Assembly (NCBI GenBank): GCA_965202585.1
Contig: OZ241827.1
Coordinates: 77,810,001 to 77,874,000, forward strand
Direction: 5' to 3'
Length of the DNA stretch: 64,000 bases
From: Thalia democratica
Taxonomy: Eukaryota
This document shows, piece after piece, positions 26,216-38,112 of the stretch. The notes below the pieces were generated by a model. The model saw only the letters and a program-made list of their open reading frames with translations. It was not told where the DNA came from and made no database searches. A program made the translations under genes and the position numbers. Each line of letters begins with the position of its first letter. Position 1 is the stretch's first letter.

Positions 26216-27060
26216 ACAACGTTCTGCATGAGTGAGTGGAGTCGAACCGGTGCAATAATCGGTAAATTAACGGGAGAAAATCCGCAGACATCCAACGTTA
26301 CTTGCCAAATCGTGGATTGTAAATCTAAAAGCTGACTAACTTATTAAACTGTGGGTGGCGTGATCGCTTTAATTTTATTAAATTTGCGCACGAAACAAAT
26401 TTACTTCGTTTTTTAGGATCAGCAGAACATAAAAAGTGCGTAGGTCAAATATGATATTTTAGATGATAGAGACCTGAAATTTTGAAATTGCTTACAAAAG
26501 TTTGTTTAAATACCGAAATAAAATTAACGGTCCTGGAATGAAAGTTTTCACTTATTCTAGTAACTACAACTGTCAAGGATTATAAAGACAACTAGCTAAA
26601 ATTTCATTCAGAAAAGTTTAGTGCTGACGTACTTTAAAATTATTTCCATCGTTTATTGGTTGCATGCAAGCGATCAGACTCTAAACTGACCAATGGGGTA
26701 TTTCTTACAGCGCAGTATCAAAAGGAAGCTTAGATGAAGACACTCTGTTTGTGGTGGACAAAGTTAGTGGGTCAATTAGATTAATGGGTCGTTTAGAGGC
26801 AAGAGTTACAGGCTAAGGATAAGAGCAAGAGATTTTACAGGGAAGAGCACTCAAGCCAGACTGGTTGTCAATGTGTTGCCTAGTAACCTTTGTTCGCGTA
26901 ATGGCAATATGAAAAATAAACTGACCATGATAAATGTAATTGAAATAACTTCCCCTGGACAAGTGGTTGGTACCATAAACACTACTAGATCTGATGTTGT
27001 TTATGACATCATAGATGGTTCGGGAAAGGGAGTTTTTAGAGTTGATCGATATACAGGTCG
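26216..27060 (+). pseudogene. Heavily decayed cadherin exons at the 5' end of copy B (about FAT1 EC7-EC9 equivalent)
   Basis: Reading across stops and frameshifts gives SEWSRTGAIIGKL; VTTTVKDYKDN*LKFHSEKFSADVL*NY; IVYWLHASD; SYSAVSKGSLDEDTLFVVDKVSGSIRLMGRLE; KSYRLRIRARD...VLPSNL; YDIIDGSGKGVFRVDRYTG. These resemble FAT1 VIMWLEAHD, FDVDKLSGAVRI and YSIRDGSGVGVFKI as recalled. Confidence 0.7.
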
Positions 27061-30000
27061 GTAAAAGATTGATTAAAAGAAAATACTAGTCCTAAAATAA
27101 GTACATACTTTAAAATTTTATAAGAAAAAGTTAACTTTTAGTATTTTAACTTTATCAACTGTATTTAATGTGAATAACTTTTAATTTGAACTTTTTAAAT
27201 CTAGTTTTTACTTTTATAGACAAGCTATTTTCAGTTTAAAATGTTTTAGTAGTATCATAACATGGTGTGTATTTTAAATAATAATTAGCCTGATTTTTCT
27301 TGTTTTCATAGTTAATATATCCTCTTTTTATACTTTTAAAACTGTCTAAGGTTCAAAGAAAACATAATATAAATTTTTAGTTTTTATAGAAATTTTGCAC
27401 ATAATTTTAAAGTTAGAACATAACAGATTTAATTAATTTTACATATAAACATAAAAACCGAATTTAATTAATTTTTTAAAGTTATTTTATTTTTATCTGA
27501 CAATCAAAAAACTTTCTAAAAAAGTTTTTAAATTTTAATTTTTTCAAAACCCAAGGTTTAAGTAAACAAGTTCAGTTGAATTTAATGAATTTTTGTTCAA
27601 ACAAAGCTTAAATAATTGTTTTGGAATTTTATATATTTCTTAAACAGTCAAACAATTGTTTGATACGTTTTGTTGAATCGTGACTTGTTCATGTTTGCAT
27701 GTTTTGCTTTTCATACAAATAAGCAGTAATTGCATACCATACATTTAATCTTTAATTGTTTGTAAATGTTTATAAACTATTGTAAAAATTTCCAATTCTC
27801 AGTATGTATAAACGTTTAAACTACCATAACATTTTTATACAATATTTATTTTAACAGTTTATTACTAACAAAACTATGTTTTACTCCTATACTTGCATAT
27901 AGGAGATCCTCAGTTGTTGTAAATAGATCTGAAAAATATTTTTTGAACCAATGAATGGAAGTTCCATACATAGCTAAACAATAAAATTACATAAAAGTTT
28001 TATAAGTTTAAAGACAGTGTAGTTATATTTGTTAAATTTACTTATAAACAGGGAAAGTATTTTTTTGACATACAAAAGCTTTCAATGTATACATATTAAT
28101 AACTTGTTTAAACGATCAAGAAATTCGGCAAAAACAACTACTTATGCCTTCTTATTGAAGATTATCAGTGTAAGTAGCAAAAAGGAAATTTATTTTTCTG
28201 AAACGGATGTGCTCTATAAAGCTTGTTTATCACTAAACCTGGTTATTACGTCACAGTAGTGCCCTTAAGCTGCACTAGTAATTTCTCCAAAAGTTTCAAT
28301 GAAGCTACTTGATGAAGTGAAACAGTTATGATGCTTGATTTTTCTTACTTTAATAAAAAGCTTATACAGACATCCTTAAAAAATATATGTTGTACAAGCA
28401 AGTTAAATGTTATTGTTTGTCTACTGTCTAGTTTTATCTGAAAGCAGTTATGTACTTATAAAACAAGTTTTAAAACTTACTTTAACTATATTTTTATCGT
28501 GTTTCGTTTTTCTAAAAGAAATAAACAAATTAAAACACAAACTTATTTTTGTTCTATGTTTAAATTTTTGGATTTTATTCTTTAAATATCAAAAAACTAC
28601 TTGAGGTTATAGTCGTTCTCTTATCTTAGGAAACAACATAGTTTGAAAAAAATGGTTTCTTACTTATATTTAATGACAAATAAAGTGCAAAATTTCTATC
28701 TATGTTAATCTTTAAAGTTACAGTGGTCTTAAATCAAGACTATCAAGAAAGCACAGTTTTTTGCTATTTTTTCTTTATTAAGTTATATCTTCGAAAAAAG
28801 GTAAAATAAGGAAATTCTTAATCAATTTAAATGACAAATTTCTTTAATATATGATTTTAAACATTTATGAGAGAGTAATTTGAAGTTGAATTAGAATTTT
28901 TTTAGTTAAGCCAAGTACTAAGATATTTGTATTTAAATTAGATGCTTTTGCTTCTGTTGAAGTTTTAGCTGCTTCATGAGCAATTAGTCTTGTGTAATTA
29001 AAAGAAAAAAGAAAAAAAGCATAAGCTGAATAGTAGTAAAAAGATTCAAGAAAGTGCTTTATATTTGCTCAAAGTTTAAATTTCGGTTGAAAAATTTACA
29101 AAGAAGAATTAAACAAGAATAATAACAACAAAAGAAATAAACTTTACCCGCTGTATACACAAATAAGTAGAATGGTAAATAATTGAAGCTTGTTTAAGTT
29201 ACACAAAAGGTTCTCGACAGTTTATAAGTCTTTGTGCCAACAAAAAAATACTTTTTATTTCAAAAAGAGCAAGAAAATAATAATAGGGTCGGGCATGAGT
29301 CATATCTTTTGTTTAGGAAGTTGAGTTTGTACAACGCAGATTCTTAATTTGAAAGTAAAGAATAAATTAACACCTTATTTTCTCCCCCTTTTTATAGTCA
29401 TACTTAGTTGGGTTTTAGCTCGCTTTTGTTGTTTTTGTCTTGGTATAATTTAAATAAAATTTAAAGTCTTAAGTACATATACACAATTATTTTAATTCTA
29501 AACAATATACAACAAAATACAACAAAATCTGTAATACAACAAAAATCTTTAAACAATTTTTGAAAAACCAAGTAGGGAAAGTACTCTATGTTGTTTAAAC
29601 TTTAAATGACAGCAAAATATTAAGTCCCTTGACATTAAAAATCGGTCAAGTACATACAATAAGAAGTATAAAAATACTTGTCAAATTCTACTTTGTCACA
29701 AAACCTATCATGTTGAATTACAGCAGAGAAAATTTCTTCAAAATGACAGCGGGTTTGTATACAAAAGTCTCATTTGTCAGCTGTTTTCTTTTATGCTGCA
29801 CTTGTTTTTAATTTCAGATAACAAGCAAAAACTAGAATTTTAACTTCGGGCGCTTGTCTAAAGAACAATTTTAGTCAAATTTTAAGTTTTTCTTTCATAA
29901 AGTTCTTTCCTAAGTTAATGCATATAACTTATGTCAGATATTTGTTTTCGCAAACTATCTGTTTGAAGTATTTTTATATTTTTGTATATAATCCATCCAT

Positions 30001-30966
30001 TTTTTATTAAAAATCTTAGTATTTCTTCTGTGAGATTTACTTCACAGTTTCAGTATAAAACAAATAGCTGTAAAAACATAATAGTTAAGAACACAATAAT
30101 TATACGGTATTAGTTTCATTCAATATATTTTCCTTGAAAAATGGTTTTTGAAAATAAAAAATCTACTAAAATATACTGATTGTAAAAAATGTGTGAAAAC
30201 ATTTTATCAGTAACATATGCATACCCTTAATTAATTTGATACAGCATATGTTTTAAATGATCCTGTTCTTTTTTTAGTTTTACTGACATTTTAGTAATTT
30301 ATCATTACGCCTGTAAGACTTAATTATGAACAGAAGCATACTGGAAATATGTTTGGACATGCTTTTTTAATTACCTTTTTGTGTTGTCTGGTTTAGGAAT
30401 TACCTCCTACTAAATCATTTTGAAATTAAATTTTCTTCAATAAACATTTTTTAGCTTTATTTGTGTAACTTTTTTTTCAATTTTAAAATGAAATTTTATC
30501 AAGCTAAGTTTTTATTTTAATTTAAAAGCATTTCAGTTTATGTATGTTTTAATATAATTATTTCGATATATTTAGCTAATATAGTACTATGACTGTTCTC
30601 TCTTTTTTTAACATTAATCATGATCTAAATATTAATCGATCACGTATTTTTTGTACTAAATATTAAAAAAAACAATTTTTTCAGTTAAAAAAAATTATAT
30701 ACTTTTTAATAAAATATTTTTTACTACAATTTAGAAAATTTATAGAAAATGACAAAAAAAAACTAAAACTAATGATAAAAATTGTAAACAACTAGAATTA
30801 AACTGTAAAAAATTGATTAAATACCTGTTGTTTTTGTTTATATAAAAAAAAGTTAAAAACTATTTTTTTAAAGTCGTGTTTTCCTAAACAAATTTTTACT
30901 TACTTGAAATAAAAAAAACAAACAAACTTAAAAACATGTAAAAAGTAGACTTTTAATATTTTTCAA

Positions 30967-31144
30967 GACAAGTAGTTAATGCTCGATCATATGACAGAGA
31001 AATGGAGAAATATTATTGGCTGACAATAGCATCACGTGATAAGCAGGGTTCATATCTATCTGAAGACTACATAAAAGTAGCAGTGACAGTTATGGATGTT
31101 AATGACAACTATCCAGTTTCTGACCAGCCAAGCTACAATATCTC
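30967..31144 (+). pseudogene. Cadherin exon of copy B (QVVNARSYDREMEKYYWLTIASRD...VMDVNDNYPVSDQPSYNIS)
   Basis: Open frame with YDRE and DVNDNYP motifs and a TC|gttagt donor. The acceptor is ambiguous: either an AAG at 30965-30967 or a mutated CAG one base earlier. Confidence 0.8.
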
Positions 31145-31419
31145 GTTAGTTAAATAGTACATGTTATGTAATAAATAAACTAAATTACTATTAAAAGCTA
31201 ATTGTTACAAAAGTTTTAAAAAAAGTACAGTAAAATAAAAAAATTAGTGAAACTTGTTTGTAAATATGATGGTCATTAACTTTACGTTTATTACAAAAAC
31301 TTAAAGTATTTTAAAAACTACAAAATCTTGAATGTTTATATATGAAAAGTATAATAAAATTTATTTTAAACGTTAAAGCAAATAGTTGTAAAAAGTAAAT
31401 TAAATATATTTAATTACAG

Positions 31420-31550
31420 TGTGGATTCTGGAACACCTGTTAACACTCCTATATTAAATATACAAGCATCTGACAAAGATGAAGGTTTAAATGGAAAGTT
31501 TACATACACTATCTTGAAAACAGAAATATTTAAAATAAACTCTGAAACAG
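31420..31550 (+). pseudogene. Cadherin exon of copy B (VDSGTPVNTPILNIQASDKDEGLNGKFTYTILKTEIFKINSETG)
   Basis: ttacag acceptor, G|gttaat donor, canonical ASDKDEGLNG motif. Confidence 0.85.
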
Positions 31551-34500
31551 GTTAATTTCAAAAGTATTTATGTGTTTGTTTACTATTTTGGAATTACAGA
31601 AATTTTGTAAAAAAAAAAGTTTATTGAGCTAGTGTTCAGAAACATTAAAGAATTAAAAATTAAATTTTAAACTAAAATGTGTTATGCATTTAGTTGCTAT
31701 AGGTCTATTGGAACATCTTTAATATAACTATTTATAAAAATCTATAAGTTAAAAAAAATAAATAAAAACTGTTCATAGTTTTATATTTTAAGTTCCAAAA
31801 GTTGTTTTGTTTAATATTAGATAACCCCTTAGCTAATATCTGTTTTGTAACGTTTGCATCTAATTTTTTGTACTACTTATAACTTTTATTGTTTATTAGT
31901 ATAAGTTATTTATAGTTACCGTTTAAATAATGAGTTTGTTTGTAAAATTCTATAGATTGTAATAAGTATTAAAAACTGTAAGTTTAAGCGTATGTTAAAA
32001 AAGATCCAAGCGAAACGAATTCACTGGAATATGTAACAATATTGGAAATCGTAGAACATTCTTAAATTTAAAAAATAACTTATATCAAGTAACTTTTTTA
32101 TGTAATTAAACTTCAACTTGTTGTTGTAAATCCAAATTAAAAAAAAGTTATCATTTACATTCAATTAAAGGCTAAATCATTAGCGGTATATAATTAAATA
32201 CATTCTCAAATTTTTTTTTACAGTTACTGCTGATATATTGTTAGGAAATTTACGTAGTAAAATTTAGTACATACGTCATGATGTTCAACTTGACGTCGAA
32301 ATTTTTATATATGGTTTTTTTGTCATTTTAATTGGTTTTTGTCTACTTTTGTATGTACCTAGCTGAAAAATGTAGTCATGAAAAGGTCAAAACGTTTGTC
32401 AAAATGGAAGGTATGCTAACGATAGTAATTAGTATTTAAACTTAAGACATATAATGCACTTGTTAAGTACACTTACAAATAAAACGTTCTGCTAGAGCTA
32501 TAACGAATTCGGTTACATCAAAAAAAAAAGTTTGATTAAAAAGGTACTGAGTTTTACTCACTTAAATCTGTTTTAAATTTATATTTAATTAAACGTTGTT
32601 TCCTTTGTTGTACATGAAATATTAGAATTACTAACAAAAAAAAATATATAGATTGATTCTTTAACAGAATACAATAGTCAAGTTGTAAAATGATAACAAG
32701 ATTTTAATAAAGTCTCAAAGTTGACAAAACAAAACTTATATGACCTGTAAGTCACAATAAAAATTAAATTTACTTACAATACCCTGTGGGTTTATAAAAG
32801 GAAGCCAAATTAAACAATTGAAACCGCTCTCACAGAAAGTGAGCTAATCCCTATTTACTTTTACCGTTTAACTTAGCTAGTCAAAAGCTATTTTGAATGT
32901 CTTTTGTTAATCAGTAGCGCGTAGAAGTAAAAGGATGACATTTTAATTTACGTGCGATTAGACATATTAAAAGTCGCGGTCTCTATAAGAGCTAATTCCA
33001 ACCGGATATTAATAAAGTTTTTAAATTTAGTTTGTCAAATATAATTTAATATGATACTGTTAAATAGCAATAAGTAAAATTTAAAAGATTTTTAATAGTT
33101 ATCTTAAACCAAGCCTATAGTTTGGTGAAACTGTTTACTTTTATTTTGAATAAGGGGTTTGTTTGATAAACTGATGTATGGCTGGTTTATTTTATTTCAA
33201 AAGCTTTAAATTAATATTTTAAAACACATTTAAAGTGTATTATATTATTTTTTAACTTCAAATATCGTTTTTGCTTTAAAAAATTTAAAAATTATCATTT
33301 ACACAAATAAGAATTTTATAGTAAAACTAACTTTGATATAGTTTTGGTTATAGAAATGTTTACCTAAAATGTGTTCCACAATAGTGTAAAAAACTACTTA
33401 TATATATAAAGTAAAAATAATACACATACCTGTTTCAGTAAATGCGCATAGGTTGTGCTTAACACTTATAAAAATTACCTTCAAAACATTAAATTGCCAT
33501 AGAAACAAAAAAACCGAAATAAGTTGTAAAATTGCTCATAATAGCCAAGAGTTTGTTTACATTCACTAGGAAGATCAAACGCAGTTATACTGCTCATTTA
33601 GCAATTATTTGTTTTAAAGCAACAATGCTTTGTGAGTGAACTTGTTTTGATTTGAAAGCATCAATCTAATTAAAAAAGAAAATATAATAAAGTAGTAATT
33701 ATTTCCTGTTCATTTGATCCCTACCAATTATGCATAGCAAAGGTTAATTTTATGAGCAAGCATTCTTAAATGATTAATAACTTAAGTAAAGATATTTGCA
33801 AAAAATATATAGTTCAGCAACTCAAATATAAAAAAAAATCTGATAAAAAATTTATATTAATTTTATCCAAGATAAAACTTATCGAAAAATAGATATACTT
33901 TTTTTTCTAACAGAGACTTTTGTTTAGCATATTGACATTTTTAAAATTTTAGAGAAATATCTGCTTTAAACACTTACAGTCTTTTATTTTGTTTTATTAA
34001 AATGCTACAAAAATGATATTTTTTTTAGTTTTTGAATAAGATAGCAATTGCTTGTGTTACTTAAATTAAATTTAATTTTTAAATGATGTTACATAACAAT
34101 ATTTGTTTAATCTTGCTTTGTGTATTGTCTCAACTATTGTTACGAAATATTGAATGAAGCTTATAAATAAACATAAAACTTTATTTTAAATAATCTTGTT
34201 TGTTCAAGAAATCATTATTCTTCTACAATTTAATAAAATCACATGTTTTTATTATATACGAGTAAGGAATTTTTTTTCAATGAAACACGTCAAAATACTT
34301 GTGTAAACCACAATTACTTCAAAAATCTAAAGTTCATCTGATAAAATAATAAAAATAAAATTAGAATCTTTTACATTTTTTGTTGGTTGAATTAAAACAT
34401 AAAATGGGTAATTTATCAACTAATGTTATTGAAATGCCAGTTATGTAGATAAACAAGTATACTTAACTCCTAAATAACAAAACATGTCTTATGCACTGAA

Positions 34501-36527
34501 TTAACCTCAAACTAAATGCAGCAAAACATATAATGATTGCTCTCAAGTCTAATACTTGCGTTTAGTTCTAATTTTACAAAGTAGATCTTATTATCATTAT
34601 TTTTGTCAAAAATATTTTTTAACACCTTATTTAATACAAGAATAAACTTGTTGTAATTCTAAAGGTAAAAATTAAAACATTTTTATTAAAAATGTTCTGT
34701 CATAAAACCTACATTTTGAAATGAACTTTTATTAAATACGTTGTCAAAAGTTTTATACAGACTTTTGCAATTGATTGTATCCTGTATTTTTATGTTTTTA
34801 GTAATCAATAATACTAAAGTTTATTTGAAAACTCTTATGAACAAAATCTTTCGAACTATTTTACGAATTGTTTGATGTGGTCAGACTTTGAATTTTCATT
34901 TCCTTACAACAATATGCATTTGACAGCAAAAATATACAAATTTGATGTTAGCAGCAAGGTGTTTTATTTTTTAATTTAAAAGATATTATAAAAATAATAC
35001 TTTAACAGCTACTTGTTTGTCTTAATTATTTGAAATATTAAGCTTACTTAACGAAGCAAAGTGTATGTGTTTAACATCAAAATAAGTTTAAACTAGTCTG
35101 AATAACTTGTTTAAAATGTAAACCTAAAAAAAAATAATTATTTTGATTAATTTGTTTTTCTGTGATGTATAATTTATAAAATTGAACAGAAACGTCGTTA
35201 AAAAATCGTTTTTACTAAATTGTTAAAATACTGACTATTACTGTAAAGTTCATAATATATATGTTATTCATTACATTCGTATATACAGTAAAGTAAACGA
35301 CTGTTGAAAGGAAATCTTTTAAAAGCTTCAAGTACTTTATTTTTCTAAATGGAATCAAAAACAAATAATATTAAAAAATAAAAACAATCTAATGAGTAAT
35401 ACACTTGATGTTATAACACAGTTAAAAAAAGTTGTACGACAACAAAAACAAATCAGTTAAGTTTTTGATAAAAATTTCTTGTGTTTAAAATAAAATTACA
35501 GTACGGTACATAGGATAATAAAAAAAAAGAACAAATATAAACGTTCATGCAAAACTGTTACTTCTCAGCAGGAGACTAGTTCACAAAATATATTAAAATT
35601 TAGTCAACTTGGGTGGTTACTTCAAAGGAAACCAAAAGTCTTAAAAAATTAATTTACCTATAAACTTTATAGAATTGTTTATTGTTTATTACCACAAAGA
35701 TAAACAAATAACGTAATCGTAGAAAAGTAATTTATCATAAATTGTTGTCTTATAAACATTAACCAAGTGGTTCTGTTTATTAACAAAAACGCTACCCTAG
35801 CTTATATTAAGATTTAAATAAACATAAGATTTTAAAGTATTAGTTAATTTTTATTACGTTTTTTCCTTTATATTAGCTTATATTACATAATTAAATTTAT
35901 AGCATTTTTAAACGGAATTCTTTTTGTGCTTTTAAAACAGCTTAAAATATTTAAAGTTATGTAAATGAAAAACATCAAAAAAAGTATTTTAATTTTCACA
36001 GCATTCCCACGCTTTGTAGTTCTGTGTGTTTTTACCGCAATTATGACGTAATTAAGAATATATAAATTGAATTTGTTTAAAGCCAAGTTTCTGTACAACT
36101 AAACAAAACTAAATGTAATTATGTATTTGTGTACTAGGATAATTTATAAACTACTTTTACAATAGTTTTAACTCTATTATTTAATAAACTAACACTAATA
36201 AAAATGAACAAAATGTTTTAAGACTAGAGTATACGTTAGGTAAATAATACTTGTATTTTTTATTTATTAATTTTTTTATTATTGACAAAGTTTAATTTTA
36301 TTTACATTTATACGTAGTTTCTCTATAAATTAAAAAAAGACAACGTTTCATAACTAATAGAAGAAATAAGAATGTTAATTAAAAATTAGTTTATTTATTC
36401 AAATGTTTAATTTTTAATGATGTAGTGTATAACTAAATAAAGAAGTAATTCTTAAGTTTAGTATAAAAAGTAAACTAAAAATTTATTTGGTTTTACTATT
36501 TTTTAACCGTTTTAGATTTATTTCTAG

Positions 36528-36595
36528 GTCAAATTTACACTGCAAAAGAGCTGGTACCAAATGTACTTGATGGATTAAAACAAATTTCGTTCGTT
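36528..36595 (+). pseudogene. Short cadherin exon of copy B (GQIYTAKELVPNVLDGLKQISFV)
   Basis: ttctag acceptor and gtaagt donor; phases link the 31420-31550 exon to the 38113 exon. Confidence 0.7.
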
Positions 36596-38112
36596 GTAAG
36601 TTTTAATTCAAATATTCATGAAACTATTAATAAAAATTAGTCTAAACTCAAGATCTTATAATGTAATATGACTCAACTTAAAAGCACAAGTTTTAAATTT
36701 TAATCTTTATTTAGTTTTGTGATGATTTCTGAGGTTTTCAATTTAAAAAAAACTGAACGTAATTTTTTTTATAGCTGTGTTGATAGACATATTTATTTAT
36801 CTTTAAAAGATATATGTGTGGAGTATCTGTTGTATCTTAAAGTAGTTGTTTTGTTTCAAACTTTATTCAAAGTTTTGATTGTGTTTAAAATTGTAAAGAT
36901 TAAACAACATAATTTTAAAAATCACTTAAAAAATAGAGAATTCATTAAACTTATCAAAAAAATTTTTCAAAGTTACGATTTTATGACGTAAAAAAACTTC
37001 CGTCGTGAAATGAACTGTAAATTTTTGACACAATTTATTTTTTGTATTTTTGCATAAATCTATATTATTAAATTCTTGTACAATTTGTAACTTCAGACTG
37101 AATAATAATGAAAACTTATTAAACTTACTTTATTTACTTTAAGTTTAATTGAAGCACCTTTTTTCTTTTAATAATGTTTGTTATACCTAAATATTTGTAC
37201 TAAACTACTAAAAAATGTTTTATTTTTTGATTTACATGTTGTATACATTTTTAATTATAATTAATCTTAATGATAAGTTTAAACTGTACTTAAATAAAAA
37301 GCTAAAATAACTTTTATATTTTGATTACATTTCAAAACTAGAATACAGAAACTGACAAAAAGTATAAAGCTGGCTCTATTTTTTCATGTTTTGTTATAAT
37401 ATTTACAACTTTATCTCAAAGGTTTATGTTGCGACCAGCCAAACTTCTACTTAACAATACATAATATTATCAAACAAATTCTAATTTGACATGATTAAAG
37501 AATATCTTAGCAAATAATCTACACAATATTAGCAGTAAATTTAAATTCGAATTACTCATAAAATTTTGAGTCAAATCCTTAAAAATAAGTTCTTTCTGAT
37601 GACAGTTTTCAGATTTTACACTTTAAGTTCGTAACTTTTTTTATTACTAGATTCTTAAGCTCTGCACTTATGTATTCTTTTTCTATGACCTTGCTGATTA
37701 AATAAATCAAAAACTACTAAAAGAAAGCAGTCAATTTATTTTCTTCGCGTAATTAATTATGACAACAATAAATATTTCAAATTGACCTTGACTTACGATT
37801 GTTTAGAGAAAAGGTTTAATAGTTTAAATAAGAAAGTTTTTATTTTCCCAAGAACAAACACTTGTGTTTTTAATTGACCAAAAAGTTATAAGCAAACAAT
37901 TTTATAATAAATATCATGAAGTTTAATGCTATTTTATTTACGGTTTATTTAGGAAACTATTTTGTATTTTTATCTGCAATGCGTTTTCAAGCTAAGTAAG
38001 TTATCATAATTAACTGATCATAAATTAAGTCGTCTGTATTTTCACATGAAGTTAGCTTTAGTAATGAACGTCTATTGTTTACTATTAATTGTTAAAATTG
38101 AAAAAAATTAAG

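Noticed and set aside
29000-29830. Mitochondrial insertion (T-rich minus-strand frames readable with TGA = Trp)
   Set aside because: No recognisable mitochondrial gene motif, and TAA stops also interrupt the frames.
3897-36991. F/L/K/I-rich ORFs in introns (3897, 5260, 21970, 22106, 28029, 28407, 29629, 35883, 36719 and duplicates)
   Set aside because: Composition expected from AT-rich non-coding DNA. The duplicate copies show frameshifts or mostly non-synonymous differences.
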